From the IMG/VR virus record IMGVR_UViG_3300035050_000030, positions 1 through 55,923 of that record: DNA of 55,923 bases; one strand, written 5' to 3'. This document shows positions 9,615 through 19,035 of this stretch, one piece after another. The translations under genes and the position numbers were made by a program. Every line of letters starts with the position of its first letter. Position 1 is the first letter of the stretch. The notes beneath the pieces were generated by a model. It was not told the origin of the DNA, did not search any database, and saw only the letters and a program-made list of their open reading frames with translations. The stretch is from a virus. Taxonomy: Duplodnaviria; Caudoviricetes.

Positions 9615-10246
9615 TGGTGTATTCAGGGTTTGACACTTTAATGCCGCTTATTAGGCCCGATGTGCCGCAGTGTCCCGATGTAACCATAGAGCAGTACATG
9701 GTTAGAGTTGTGCGGGACTTTTGCGAGCAGAGCAGGGTTTGGCAGGAGTGGACAACTGAGGTTATAGGCCCTGGCATCGAAACGTACCCGCTAAGCGTGG
9801 GCACTGGAGAGGTGGTCGCGGTCAAGAAGGTGCAGCACAGCGATGGGCGCAAGCTGCAGCCGATTGATTACACCCTACCCGGCGAGGAAGAGGGCAATAT
9901 GGCGGCCTTGTCCGGCGTTGTCGGCTTTACGTTCGATCCACCGGATACTCTGCATATTCAAGGTTCCCCAACGCAGTCAGAGGAAGTTTTCGTTCAGCTA
10001 TCCCTCAAACCTACCCTTGAGCAAGCACAGGCTCCTCAGTGGTTGATTCAAAAATATGAGGACGCACTTGTCAATGGGGTGCTGGCACGGCTGAAAATGA
10101 TAGCCAACAAGCCTTGGAGCAACCCGGATTACGCCATGGCTCACAAAGATATGTTCTTGCGCGGCATTGCTTCGGCGCGTATCCATGAGCTGAAAAAACA
10201 CACAAACGCTAGTTTAAGTATAAAAGCGCGACCCTTCGGGGGGTAG
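9614..10246 (+). CDS. Adaptor/tail-associated protein
   Basis: PDVPQCPD...FCEQSRVW and KPWSNP motifs; coupled to the upstream gene. Confidence 0.65.
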   Translation: MVYSGFDTLMPLIRPDVPQCPDVTIEQYMVRVVRDFCEQSRVWQEWTTEVIGPGIETYPLSVGTGEVVAVKKVQHSDGRKLQPIDYTLPGEEEGNMAALSGVVGFTFDPPDTLHIQGSPTQSEEVFVQLSLKPTLEQAQAPQWLIQKYEDALVNGVLARLKMIANKPWSNPDYAMAHKDMFLRGIASARIHELKKHTNASLSIKARPFGG

Positions 10247-10267
10247 CCGTAACAAAGGAGGCAGACA

Positions 10268-11728
10268 ATGGCATCGTTCCCCATAAAATTAGATGGTAGT
10301 GTTGATCCTGCCACCCCTACCGAGTGGAGCGTAACCACTAGGTCAGGTAAGGGTGCGCCGGTTAACGCAGTAGAGCACGATAATAGCATGATCTCGCTTA
10401 GAGAGGCAGTGAACGAACTGAACAAGGATCAAACCGGTCACGCCGAAGCCGCTGACCCCCACACGCAGTACGCGCAAAAAGCGTCTTTGTCCATAACCCC
10501 AGCTGCAAACAAAATACCCCAGGCTGATGCTAATGGATACTTGCACCCCGGCTGGCTGACAGGAGTGCGGACTGGATCGGTAGGATTTGCATACAATATC
10601 AAAACCGACACATTTATTCGCACCGGAGACGCGGCGGATATACCTGTGGGTCAGTTCTGCGGTACAACTGTATCGCCAATTTACCAAAACTTACGTAGGG
10701 TGGTGCTTACAGATGCGGGTGCAGTGTACAAAGAGATTGATTGGCTGGATTTTACCAAACACACAGACGGCACTAGCGTAGCACTCGACGGAAGTAACGG
10801 ACAGATAATGGTGGAGTATCAACCCGCTTATATCCGTACAGGCGTTGTCGGCGATTGGTACTATCTTGAAATATCCCATACACAACTCCCAGGCTTCCAG
10901 CTTCATCCACTATTTGATGGGGTTGACGTAGCATATCAGGGCGCTTATGAAGCAAGCGTGTACAACTCTAAACTCTGCTCAATCGCTAAATCCCCCGCAG
11001 ATGGAACGTCCAACGTATACCCTGTCACTAACCGCACGGGTGATTGGGGCTATACAGGCTTAACCGCACAGGCTACCGACACACTCGCAGAAGCGCGTGG
11101 CGCAGGGTGGCAACAAGCAGACTTCTGGACGAAACACTGGGAGCGGTGCTTGATGCTTGTTGGATGGGCAGGATTTAACTTCCAAAGCATGGTCGGCGAA
11201 GGGCGTACAGGATTAAGCGGTGGGGATTGGGTTAATGACAGCTACATCGGACCTTGTGGATTAGCTGACGCAGTGAGTGGCTACTACGGCAATAGCAATC
11301 AATCTTACTCGTCAATCCTAGGCATTGAAAACCCTTTCGGGCATATATGGGAGCGCGTTGCATCCCTGATAAGCGATTGGGATGTGTACGTTAAAGGGAC
11401 ACCGCCTTTTGATTACTCAGCAACCACCGGATGGGATAGGCTGACTGACTATAGTGGGGTGGGTGTAACACTGCCAAGCAATAGCGGATATGGCGGCACA
11501 CCCCATAGTGGATTAGGCTTTGTACTCCCAGCAGACACTACAGGGTCTTCAAGCTCGCGTTTTAGCGATTATTTCTATCAAAACAGTGGCCTTCGCGTCT
11601 TTCGGGTGGGCGGTGCTGCGAATGATGGGGCGACTGCGGGTCCGTTCTATTGGGTTGCGAGTTTTTCGGCGGCGGTTGCGGCTGCGGATTTCGGCGGGCG
11701 GCTCTGCTTCAAGAAGTTGGCTGCGTAG
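10268..11728 (+). CDS. DGR target: tail fibre/receptor-binding protein with C-terminal CLec-type domain
   Basis: Fibre-like N-terminus (TRSGKGAP, HAEAADPHTQY); GAYEA, GIENPFGHIWE and terminal GG...GGRLCF. Confidence 0.88.
   Translation: MASFPIKLDGSVDPATPTEWSVTTRSGKGAPVNAVEHDNSMISLREAVNELNKDQTGHAEAADPHTQYAQKASLSITPAANKIPQADANGYLHPGWLTGVRTGSVGFAYNIKTDTFIRTGDAADIPVGQFCGTTVSPIYQNLRRVVLTDAGAVYKEIDWLDFTKHTDGTSVALDGSNGQIMVEYQPAYIRTGVVGDWYYLEISHTQLPGFQLHPLFDGVDVAYQGAYEASVYNSKLCSIAKSPADGTSNVYPVTNRTGDWGYTGLTAQATDTLAEARGAGWQQADFWTKHWERCLMLVGWAGFNFQSMVGEGRTGLSGGDWVNDSYIGPCGLADAVSGYYGNSNQSYSSILGIENPFGHIWERVASLISDWDVYVKGTPPFDYSATTGWDRLTDYSGVGVTLPSNSGYGGTPHSGLGFVLPADTTGSSSSRFSDYFYQNSGLRVFRVGGAANDGATAGPFYWVASFSAAVAAADFGGRLCFKKLAA
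11586..11712 (+). repeat. DGR variable repeat (VR)
   Basis: Ungapped match to 11771-11897 with 21 mismatches, none at third codon positions. Confidence 0.92.
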
Positions 11729-11733
11729 CAGCC
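11719..11733 (+). promoter_or_regulatory. DGR target-recognition hairpin downstream of VR
   Basis: GGCTGC-GTA-GCAGCC (GNA triloop) spanning the target stop codon. Confidence 0.7.
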
Positions 11734-11770
11734 CGAACACGGGTTTTGATCTTGGGCTTTCCGGTTCGTT

Positions 11771-11897
11771 GTGGCCTTCGCGTCTTTCTGGTGGGCGGTT
11801 ATGCGAATCATGGGACGTATGCGGGTCCGTTCTTTTGGTATGCGGATTATTCGGCGGCGGGTACGACTGCGAATATCGGCAGGCAGGTCTGCTTCAA
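11771..11897 (+). repeat. DGR template repeat (TR), atypical
   Basis: Between target and RT; 18 A versus 9 A in VR; followed by GCCTTGCCCCTTGGCAAAAA spacer motif. Confidence 0.85.
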
Positions 11898-11994
11898 TGT
11901 AGTGCCCCGGAAAGCCTTGCCCCTTGGCAAAAAAGTAAACGACCATAAAAGTGTGTTAGTAGGATATCCGAACGCTCAGGAGGTCAGAAGCAGC

Positions 11995-12981
11995 ATGAAA
12001 CGCTACGGCGATCTATATAAACATATCTGCACCATGGATAACATTATCTTGGCGCACGAACGCGCTCGCAGGGGGAAGAAGTTTTACACCGAAGTTAAAA
12101 TGGTGGATTCCGCCCCGGATTACTATTTGGGGCAGATACGGAAGATGCTTGTAAACAAGACATTTGTGAACTCTGAATATACCGTGCTTCACAAGCGAGA
12201 AGGCAAGAAAGACAGAGAAATATGGAAACTACCCTATTACCCTGATCGTATTGTTCACCACGCAATCGTTAACATTCTGGAGCCCATTTGGATGCGAACA
12301 TATATCCGCGATACATACGCCGCCCTTCCGGGCCGTGGGATTCACGATGGAGTGCGCCGGGTGAAGAAGGCTCTGGAGGATAAGGAGAGCACGCAGTATT
12401 GCTTGAAAATGGATGTGCGTAAATTCTACCAATCCATAGAAAACGAGGTGCTAAAGCAGGTAGTTAGAAAAAAGGTGAAATGTAAGGATACTCTGTGGCT
12501 TCTTGACACGATCATTGAAAGCGCCCCGGTCGTTCCTATCGGTAACTACACCAGTCAACACTTCGGTAACCTGGTTCTTTCAGACCTCGACCATTGGATA
12601 AAGGAAGAATTGCGTATCAAGCATTACTTCCGCTATTGCGATGATCTGGTGCTTTTGCACCACAGCAAAGAGGAGATTCACGCGATACGCCAGCGGGTTG
12701 CTGACTATTTACGCAGCGAGTTGTTGTTGGATATGAAAGGCAACTGGCAGGTGTTCCCCGTAGGTGTACGAGGGATAGATTTTCTGGGTTATCGCTTCTT
12801 CCACGGCTACACCCTGGTGCGCAAGTCAATCGTGGCAGCGTTCAAGCGGCGCTATCGTAACGGAAATATAAGATCACTGGCCGCATACAACGGATGGTTC
12901 AAGTGGGCAGACACCCACAATCTACAGCATAAATATAACTGGAGGCAAAAATATGAAAGGCTACAGCACGCAACAGCCTGA
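11995..12981 (+). CDS. DGR reverse transcriptase (328 aa)
   Basis: AGGAGG RBS; PDRIVHHA, LKMDVRKFY, PIGNYTSQ (DGR-type GxxxSQ), RYCDD and IDFLGY motifs. Confidence 0.95.
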   Translation: MKRYGDLYKHICTMDNIILAHERARRGKKFYTEVKMVDSAPDYYLGQIRKMLVNKTFVNSEYTVLHKREGKKDREIWKLPYYPDRIVHHAIVNILEPIWMRTYIRDTYAALPGRGIHDGVRRVKKALEDKESTQYCLKMDVRKFYQSIENEVLKQVVRKKVKCKDTLWLLDTIIESAPVVPIGNYTSQHFGNLVLSDLDHWIKEELRIKHYFRYCDDLVLLHHSKEEIHAIRQRVADYLRSELLLDMKGNWQVFPVGVRGIDFLGYRFFHGYTLVRKSIVAAFKRRYRNGNIRSLAAYNGWFKWADTHNLQHKYNWRQKYERLQHATA

Positions 12982-13393
12982 AAACGCCGTACCGCACAAT
13001 GGCGGGTGGCAGTATCGGTTTAACATCGCCCAAGTAACACGCACAGATGATGAAGGCGTGGAGTACATCGAGTGGGAGTACGATTACATCAACTCGGCAA
13101 ACCACCCCAGCACCAGGGCTGCATACGAAGAAATTGTAACCGCCCTGATCCAGAATGAGGTGGATAAGTACAACAAGGCGAACGATGTGCTATTCCGCGA
13201 TGTTCACAGCTGCAAATCCTACGCGGATATGACCGGGTATGAGCACCAGGCCTTTTGCTTAGGTGTGTTTACCTGGAACCTCGACGTATGGCAGGCGGTA
13301 CGCCAAATCCTTGCCGATGTAAAGGCGGGAACCCGACAGGCTCCAACCATTGGTGAATTTCTAACTGAACTGCCGGTGTTCGTCCAAGAATGA
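12953..13393 (+). CDS. Tail-fibre-associated/chaperone-like protein
   Basis: C-terminal SCKSYA...VWQAVRQILADVKAGTRQAPT..FLTELP resembles proteins beside phage fibre genes. Confidence 0.55.
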   Translation: MKGYSTQQPENAVPHNGGWQYRFNIAQVTRTDDEGVEYIEWEYDYINSANHPSTRAAYEEIVTALIQNEVDKYNKANDVLFRDVHSCKSYADMTGYEHQAFCLGVFTWNLDVWQAVRQILADVKAGTRQAPTIGEFLTELPVFVQE

Positions 13394-13683
13394 GGCGCTT
13401 CGCCGACTTTGCAGAACCAAGCTGTCTATTAGACGGTGAAAAGATCAGGATAGACGATGTAGTAAACAGGGAAATTGCAATCCTCAACTACAGTGTGCGC
13501 GAAAGCAGATTCAGTAAGAACAAGTCAGGAAATTATCTGACACTGCAAGTGGAGATCGACAACGAGCGTAGAGTGCTATTCACCGGTTCAGACGTACTCA
13601 TAGAGCAGATGGAGCAATACGGCGACAAAGTACCGTTCATAGCGATAATCAAAAAGGTAGACAAGTTTTACACACTTTCGTGA
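13390..13683 (+). CDS. Small beta-rich protein, candidate DGR accessory factor
   Basis: GEKIRIDDVVNREI, LFTGSDVL and VPF motifs; ATGA overlap with the upstream gene. Confidence 0.55.
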   Translation: MRRFADFAEPSCLLDGEKIRIDDVVNREIAILNYSVRESRFSKNKSGNYLTLQVEIDNERRVLFTGSDVLIEQMEQYGDKVPFIAIIKKVDKFYTLS

Positions 13684-13690
13684 GGGGTTA

Positions 13691-15280
13691 ATGCGCATAG
13701 ATATATCGACATTCAAGGGCACAGCACCGCAAGTGGCTCCGCACCTTCTCCCGGACGGTGGGGCGACGGTAGCCAAGAGCTGCGAACTCGGCTTTGGCGA
13801 CCTTAGACCGATTCATGGGCTGAGTGCGGGCGGTACAACCGCCATCGCGGGGGATATAAAAAGCCTCTACCGCTATCTGGATAACTTCTGGTTTACCTGG
13901 CTCGCAGATGTGGATGTGGTGCGCGGACCTATTGCCGGAGACACGAGCGGCAGGGTATATTTCACCGGTGACGGTGTGCCGAAGTTCACCTATGCTTCCG
14001 TGGCAACCAGCGGGGGCATATACCCTTCGGTGGATTACACCCTAGGAGTGCCCTCACCAGAGACTGCCCCTGTATTGAGCGTGGCTGGCGGGGAACCCTC
14101 CGAAGATATTGCCGACGCACGCGACCGGGTGTATGTTTACACCTACTCCAACGATTTCGGGGAAGAGTCCGCACCGTCTCCCGCTTCGAGCATTATCACT
14201 GTGAGCGGTACGCAGACCGTATCCGTCTCAGGTCTGGAAAATCCCCCTTCCGGGAGTTACGCCCCATTCCAGTACAAAAACATCTACCGCACCGACGAAA
14301 ACGGGGCTTATCGCTATGTTGCAAGTACTGACGTGGCGAGTTCTTCATACACCGACGCGATAGAAGATGCCGCCCTGGGTGGAGAGCTGATAACTACCGA
14401 TTGGAACATGCCGCGCGACGACATGCAGGGGCTTACCTTCATGCCCGGCGGAACACTGGTGGGTTTTTCCGGCAAGACGGTGTGCTTCAGCGTGGCGAAT
14501 CAGCCCCATGCGTGGCCTGTCGCGGGGGAATACGTGGTGCATGACGATATTGTAGCAATCGGCACCTTTGGTTCATCGGTGCTTGTCGCCACCACATCGT
14601 ATCCAGTAGTGCTTACCGGGGCGGATTATTCCAGCATGAGCGTTGAACGCCTGGAGGTATCGCAGGCGTGTCTGTATAAGCGCGGTCTGGTGGACGCCGG
14701 GACCGCCATTATGTACCCCTCCCCTGAAGGACTAACCCTTGTCGGCATATCTTCGGCACGCGTACTGACTGAGGGGATGGTGGATCGCGAACAGTGGAAC
14801 GCCTTAATCGAGGGCTTCCGCTTTGGTGTTTACCACGATGGTAAATATATAGCTTTCACTGATACCGGCGGGTTTATGGTTAGCTTGCAGGACGGCAGTA
14901 TTGTTGAGCACGACATTATGGCCGTGGGCGGATATCTGCACGAAAAGACCGGCAAACTCTACCTGACCAAAGACAACGACGGCACCATCTACGAATGGGA
15001 TGCCGGCAGCGCGATAGCGTACACATGGCGCAGCAGGGAGTATCAATTACCACTTCCGAGGAACTTCGGACTTGTGCAGGTGGTAGCAGAGGCTTACCCG
15101 GTAACGGTCACGGTTTACGCCGACGGCGAGCAAAAGGTGCAGTACACCGTAGATTCTTCCAAGGCGCTCAGGCTTCCAGGGGGATTCAGGGCGAGAACGT
15201 GGGAGTTGGGGCTTGTAGGGAAAAACCGCGTCTTGTCTGCACACCTGGCGCAATCAGCGCAGGAACTTCAACGGGGGTAA
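13691..15280 (+). CDS. Tail nozzle/stabilisation protein
   Basis: FKGTAPQVAPHLLP, YVYTY...GEESAPS and PHAWP motifs; beta-rich. Confidence 0.75.
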   Translation: MRIDISTFKGTAPQVAPHLLPDGGATVAKSCELGFGDLRPIHGLSAGGTTAIAGDIKSLYRYLDNFWFTWLADVDVVRGPIAGDTSGRVYFTGDGVPKFTYASVATSGGIYPSVDYTLGVPSPETAPVLSVAGGEPSEDIADARDRVYVYTYSNDFGEESAPSPASSIITVSGTQTVSVSGLENPPSGSYAPFQYKNIYRTDENGAYRYVASTDVASSSYTDAIEDAALGGELITTDWNMPRDDMQGLTFMPGGTLVGFSGKTVCFSVANQPHAWPVAGEYVVHDDIVAIGTFGSSVLVATTSYPVVLTGADYSSMSVERLEVSQACLYKRGLVDAGTAIMYPSPEGLTLVGISSARVLTEGMVDREQWNALIEGFRFGVYHDGKYIAFTDTGGFMVSLQDGSIVEHDIMAVGGYLHEKTGKLYLTKDNDGTIYEWDAGSAIAYTWRSREYQLPLPRNFGLVQVVAEAYPVTVTVYADGEQKVQYTVDSSKALRLPGGFRARTWELGLVGKNRVLSAHLAQSAQELQRG

Positions 15281-15283
15281 TAT

Positions 15284-18200
15284 ATGGCGCTCAAAAGACC
15301 ATCCATCCCGGCATTATCCGCAAAGACACCGAGTGATATACGCCGGGCGATAACTTCACTTGTTGACCACTTGACGGGTGTGGGCAGGCAACAGGAGTTA
15401 GCGGAGCAATCCATAAGGAGGATAGCCGGCGACCTGAGTAGTGTTGGGGTATTCTCCGCGCAACCGGCACCAACCGGCCTTGTGGTTACCGGTGCGTTTA
15501 ACACTATTATCCTCCAGTGGGATCAATCCAAAACCAGCGGCTTTTCACACACCGAGGTGTGGCGCTCACCGGAAGATAATCTGAGCAACGCACAGCCTGT
15601 TGGCTCCACGTCGGCTTACATGTTTGGGGATACTCCGCCAGATTCAAGCCTCAGCAAGACCTATTACTACTGGATTAGGTACGTAAACCAAGCAGGGCAG
15701 CCAGGTCCGTACAATGACACAGCCGGAACACCGGGCAAGACCGCCGACGACCCAGCGTATGTGCTCGAAGTCTTGACCGACGAGATAACCGAAGGGCAGC
15801 TGTACAAGGGTCTGAATGAGCGCATTGACAAGATAGACCTTAACATTGTCACCGAAGGCGACGTATATGATACTGACCTGTTCTCAGGTATGGATGACAT
15901 ATATAACTCCCTGTTTCAGCAGCAAGCAGATTTTTCTGGCACGCTAGATTTACATTTGTCGCTGATTGACAACATAACCGGCAAAGTACAGAGGGTGGAA
16001 GCAGACCACCAGGATAGACTCGGATGGCTGGAAAGTGTAGCCCCGGGCATTGAAGCAAATAGGACTTCGATCGGTAATGTAGAGACAACCCTTAGTTTCG
16101 ACATCGGGGAGCACAACACACGCATACAGTCTCTTGAGTCGGAAATCTCCGGACTTGAATCCGAGATAACAGGTTTAACAACTACCGAGTGGGCGTCAAC
16201 TTCTGGGTATACAGAGGGCCAGTATGTGCGAAGCGGTGATAAGGTTTGGCGGTGTACTCAGACTCACGAGGCACCGTCCCCAGAGCCGGTCATTGGTTCC
16301 GCATACTGGGAGGAATCCGAAGCGATACACACCCTAGTTTCAAGCGTAGACGCGCGGGTAAGCGAGTTAGAAGGTGAAATAGTTACGAAGGTGGCGCAGA
16401 CGTCTTTTGATAGCTTGTCTAGTACCGTTAGTAGGCACGAGACCAGCATTACTCAAAACGCTACTGAGATAGAAACAAAAGCATCACAGGTAGATTTGGA
16501 TACCATAGGAGACACGGTGTCCTCTCATGCCACGAGTATCGCACAGAACGCAGATAGCATAGCCCTCAAGGCGTCACAGGCTGACTTCAATGTATTGGAG
16601 GAACTGGTATCCACCAACCAAACCAATATAACACAGAACGCCGATGCTATAGCCCTAAAGGCTTCGCAGCTTGACTTGGACGCCGTGGAGGTCACGGCTA
16701 CCAACGCCGAATCCCAGGTAAACATAGAAAGTGGCCGCATCAACATGGTATCCGCGTCGATTACCGGGCCCATATCTTATGAACCGGGCGAGGTACACGA
16801 GGACGGCACTTATGTAGAATGGGCCGGTGACGTCGCCAATGTTGAGGGCCGCGTGGCTATTTCCGAAAACATCTTGTCGGCACATACCGATGAACTAACG
16901 TCGCAAGCAGCCAGCCTCTTGTCGCTCCAGGGGGCAGTGGACGGGAACACTGCAGACCTAGTGAGCGAGTCAAAAGTGAGGGCCGACGCCGACAGTGCCT
17001 TGGCGAGTGACATAACTGCACTCCGCGCTGGGGTGGACAACAACGTGGCGTCAATAATCGCGGAAAGTACAGCTAGAGCCGACGCAGATAGCGCCTTAGC
17101 ACAGGATATAACCACGCTTGCTTCTAGCGTAGACGATAATACTGCAGCCATCCAGACCGAGCAGGTAACAAGGGCTGACGCGGACGAAGCAATGGCAGGC
17201 CAAATTACGACCATTTCTTCATCTGCTACAGGGCCGGTTGCTTATGCTCCCGAAGAAGAGATGTATGAAGATGGTACATACGTAGAAGGAGTGGAAGACG
17301 TCCAGAACGTAGATGGGCGCATCGCAACGGCGCAAAGCATAATAAACACCCACGCTGACAGGCTGACCTCCCAGGCAAGCAGCCTGTTTAGTTTGGAGGC
17401 TTTGGCGGCTGAGAACAGCGCCCAGATACTCGAAGAACAAACCGTCAGGGCGAGTGCGGACGAGGCCATAGCTTCCGATCTCTCAGTATTGCAGTCAAAG
17501 GTGGGGTGGAGTGAATCAGCGATAAGGAGTGAACAGGTGGCGCGAGCTGATGGTGATTCCGCTCTTGCGCAGGATATAACAACCCTGATCACCAGCGTAG
17601 ATAATAACACTTCTGCAATTCAGACAGAACAAACCGCCCGCGCCGACGCAGATAGCGCCTTAGCACAGGATATAACCACCCTGCAAACCACGGTAGACGG
17701 GAACACCTCCGCAATTCAGACCGAGCAGACAGCTAGAGCCGACGGTGACAGTGCCTTAGCACAGGATATAACCACGCTCCAAACAACGGTAAACGGTCAT
17801 ACAACCTCCCTGCAAACCAAGGCCGAAGTATCTGACCTTAACTCGGTCTACGAAGTGAAGATTGACGGGTACAACCGCGTAACCGGCTTTGGGCTTTTCT
17901 CTAGTACCGAATCATCTGAGTTTACGGTTATAGCAGACCGCTTTGCGGTTATGCCATCCGACAACACTACTGGAGGGGCTTACCCATTTGTTGTTGAAAA
18001 TGGAAAAGCATACCTGCAGGGCGCGGTTATACAAGATGCTACGATTGGTGGCGCAAAAATCGCAAACTTGGCAGTAGACAATGCAAAGATCGCAACCAGT
18101 GCAATTAGCAATACGAAAATCGCTAATGCCGCGATTACCAATACGAAAATCGCTGATGCCGCGATTACTAACGCCAAGATTGCCAATGCCGCTATAACCA

Positions 18201-18622
18201 ATGCGAAGATAGGCGACGCGGCGGTGGATACCCTGCATATCGCAGGGAACGCGGTAACTATTCCTGACGTTGGTCTTCAAGTAGGAACATTAGATCTTAC
18301 TGGTGATCCTAGTACTGAGTTACATATATTAGCAACAGCTTCAATATATCTTGATGAAGCTGGCTATGTATTGTTTTGGGGTGGTTGCAATGTAACCCAT
18401 GGCGAAGGGTGGCAAGACGCCAGGGTCTCTTTGTGGTTAAATGGTGTTCAAAAAGCAATATGGGGAGGTGCGTCTGGTGTAACGGGAGCAGCATTATTTA
18501 GAGGGGCAAGTCTTGATGTAGGAACTCACAAAGCAGAATTAGTAGCTTCAAGGGGGGCTGCACAATATGATGAATTAGGATTTGATTATGGATGTGTAAT
18601 TATACAGGCGGCTAAGCGATGA
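15284..18622 (+). CDS. Long tail fibre/host-specificity protein
   Basis: FN3-like TYYYWIRYVN, carbohydrate-binding-like WRCTQTH, coiled-coil repeats, ADRFAV...PFVV motif, ITNAKI repeats. Confidence 0.85.
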   Translation: MALKRPSIPALSAKTPSDIRRAITSLVDHLTGVGRQQELAEQSIRRIAGDLSSVGVFSAQPAPTGLVVTGAFNTIILQWDQSKTSGFSHTEVWRSPEDNLSNAQPVGSTSAYMFGDTPPDSSLSKTYYYWIRYVNQAGQPGPYNDTAGTPGKTADDPAYVLEVLTDEITEGQLYKGLNERIDKIDLNIVTEGDVYDTDLFSGMDDIYNSLFQQQADFSGTLDLHLSLIDNITGKVQRVEADHQDRLGWLESVAPGIEANRTSIGNVETTLSFDIGEHNTRIQSLESEISGLESEITGLTTTEWASTSGYTEGQYVRSGDKVWRCTQTHEAPSPEPVIGSAYWEESEAIHTLVSSVDARVSELEGEIVTKVAQTSFDSLSSTVSRHETSITQNATEIETKASQVDLDTIGDTVSSHATSIAQNADSIALKASQADFNVLEELVSTNQTNITQNADAIALKASQLDLDAVEVTATNAESQVNIESGRINMVSASITGPISYEPGEVHEDGTYVEWAGDVANVEGRVAISENILSAHTDELTSQAASLLSLQGAVDGNTADLVSESKVRADADSALASDITALRAGVDNNVASIIAESTARADADSALAQDITTLASSVDDNTAAIQTEQVTRADADEAMAGQITTISSSATGPVAYAPEEEMYEDGTYVEGVEDVQNVDGRIATAQSIINTHADRLTSQASSLFSLEALAAENSAQILEEQTVRASADEAIASDLSVLQSKVGWSESAIRSEQVARADGDSALAQDITTLITSVDNNTSAIQTEQTARADADSALAQDITTLQTTVDGNTSAIQTEQTARADGDSALAQDITTLQTTVNGHTTSLQTKAEVSDLNSVYEVKIDGYNRVTGFGLFSSTESSEFTVIADRFAVMPSDNTTGGAYPFVVENGKAYLQGAVIQDATIGGAKIANLAVDNAKIATSAISNTKIANAAITNTKIADAAITNAKIANAAITNAKIGDAAVDTLHIAGNAVTIPDVGLQVGTLDLTGDPSTELHILATASIYLDEAGYVLFWGGCNVTHGEGWQDARVSLWLNGVQKAIWGGASGVTGAALFRGASLDVGTHKAELVASRGAAQYDELGFDYGCVIIQAAKR
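16960..17800 (+). repeat. 87-bp (29-aa) coiled-coil repeats within the tail fibre
   Basis: Recurrent AIQTEQTARADADSALAQDITTL; near-identical DNA near 17070, 17640 and 17730. Confidence 0.85.
18040..18235 (+). repeat. 30-bp (10-aa) tandem repeats, ANAAITNAKI type
   Basis: About six consecutive units in translation and DNA. Confidence 0.85.
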
Positions 18623-19035
18623 TGAGAAATTATACAATGTACGAAATAAAAACAGGTAGAGTGATTCAAATAGGTTCCAGCCTGGACATAAATTTGCACC
18701 TGAAAAAAAGTGCTGAGACGGGTATTGTGCTGGATGCCCACGCTAGTTCTACACAGTATGTTTCCGCTGGTAAACTTTGCGAGCGCCCCAGCATGGTGGA
18801 AGATTTAGGGGTCTCGCTAAATAAGGTAGACATTCTGGCAGACGGAGTAGACGCGGCTACTCTGTCTAACCTGCCGGATTCCAGTACGGTTATATATAGA
18901 GGACCAGATAGTGTACGACGTGAGTTAGTCCAAGACGGAACCATAGAATTTGTTACAGACATCCCCGGTGAGCACAGTATCCGTATTGAGTGTTTTCCAT
19001 ACCTGCCCGAGGAGGTAACCATCCATGCAACTTAA
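18619..19035 (+). CDS. Tail-fibre accessory protein
   Basis: Overlaps the fibre stop codon; ILADGVD and FPYLP motifs. Confidence 0.6.
   Translation: MMRNYTMYEIKTGRVIQIGSSLDINLHLKKSAETGIVLDAHASSTQYVSAGKLCERPSMVEDLGVSLNKVDILADGVDAATLSNLPDSSTVIYRGPDSVRRELVQDGTIEFVTDIPGEHSIRIECFPYLPEEVTIHAT

Larger units (their letters stand above)
10268..13683 (+). mobile_element. Diversity-generating retroelement cassette (target/VR, hairpin, TR, RT, two downstream genes)
   Basis: 127-bp repeat pair, one copy at the target gene 3' end and one before a DGR-type RT. Confidence 0.93.

Noticed and set aside
11650-11994. 443-aa RT ORF extending through VR and TR as a fusion protein
   Set aside because: ATG 11995 has an AGGAGG RBS and gives a normal 328-aa DGR RT; the TR is stop-free in this frame because it mirrors the coding VR
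11995-12981. Group II intron or retron RT
   Set aside because: Short RT with a GxxxSQ motif, no maturase or endonuclease domain, and an adjacent TR/VR pair indicate a DGR
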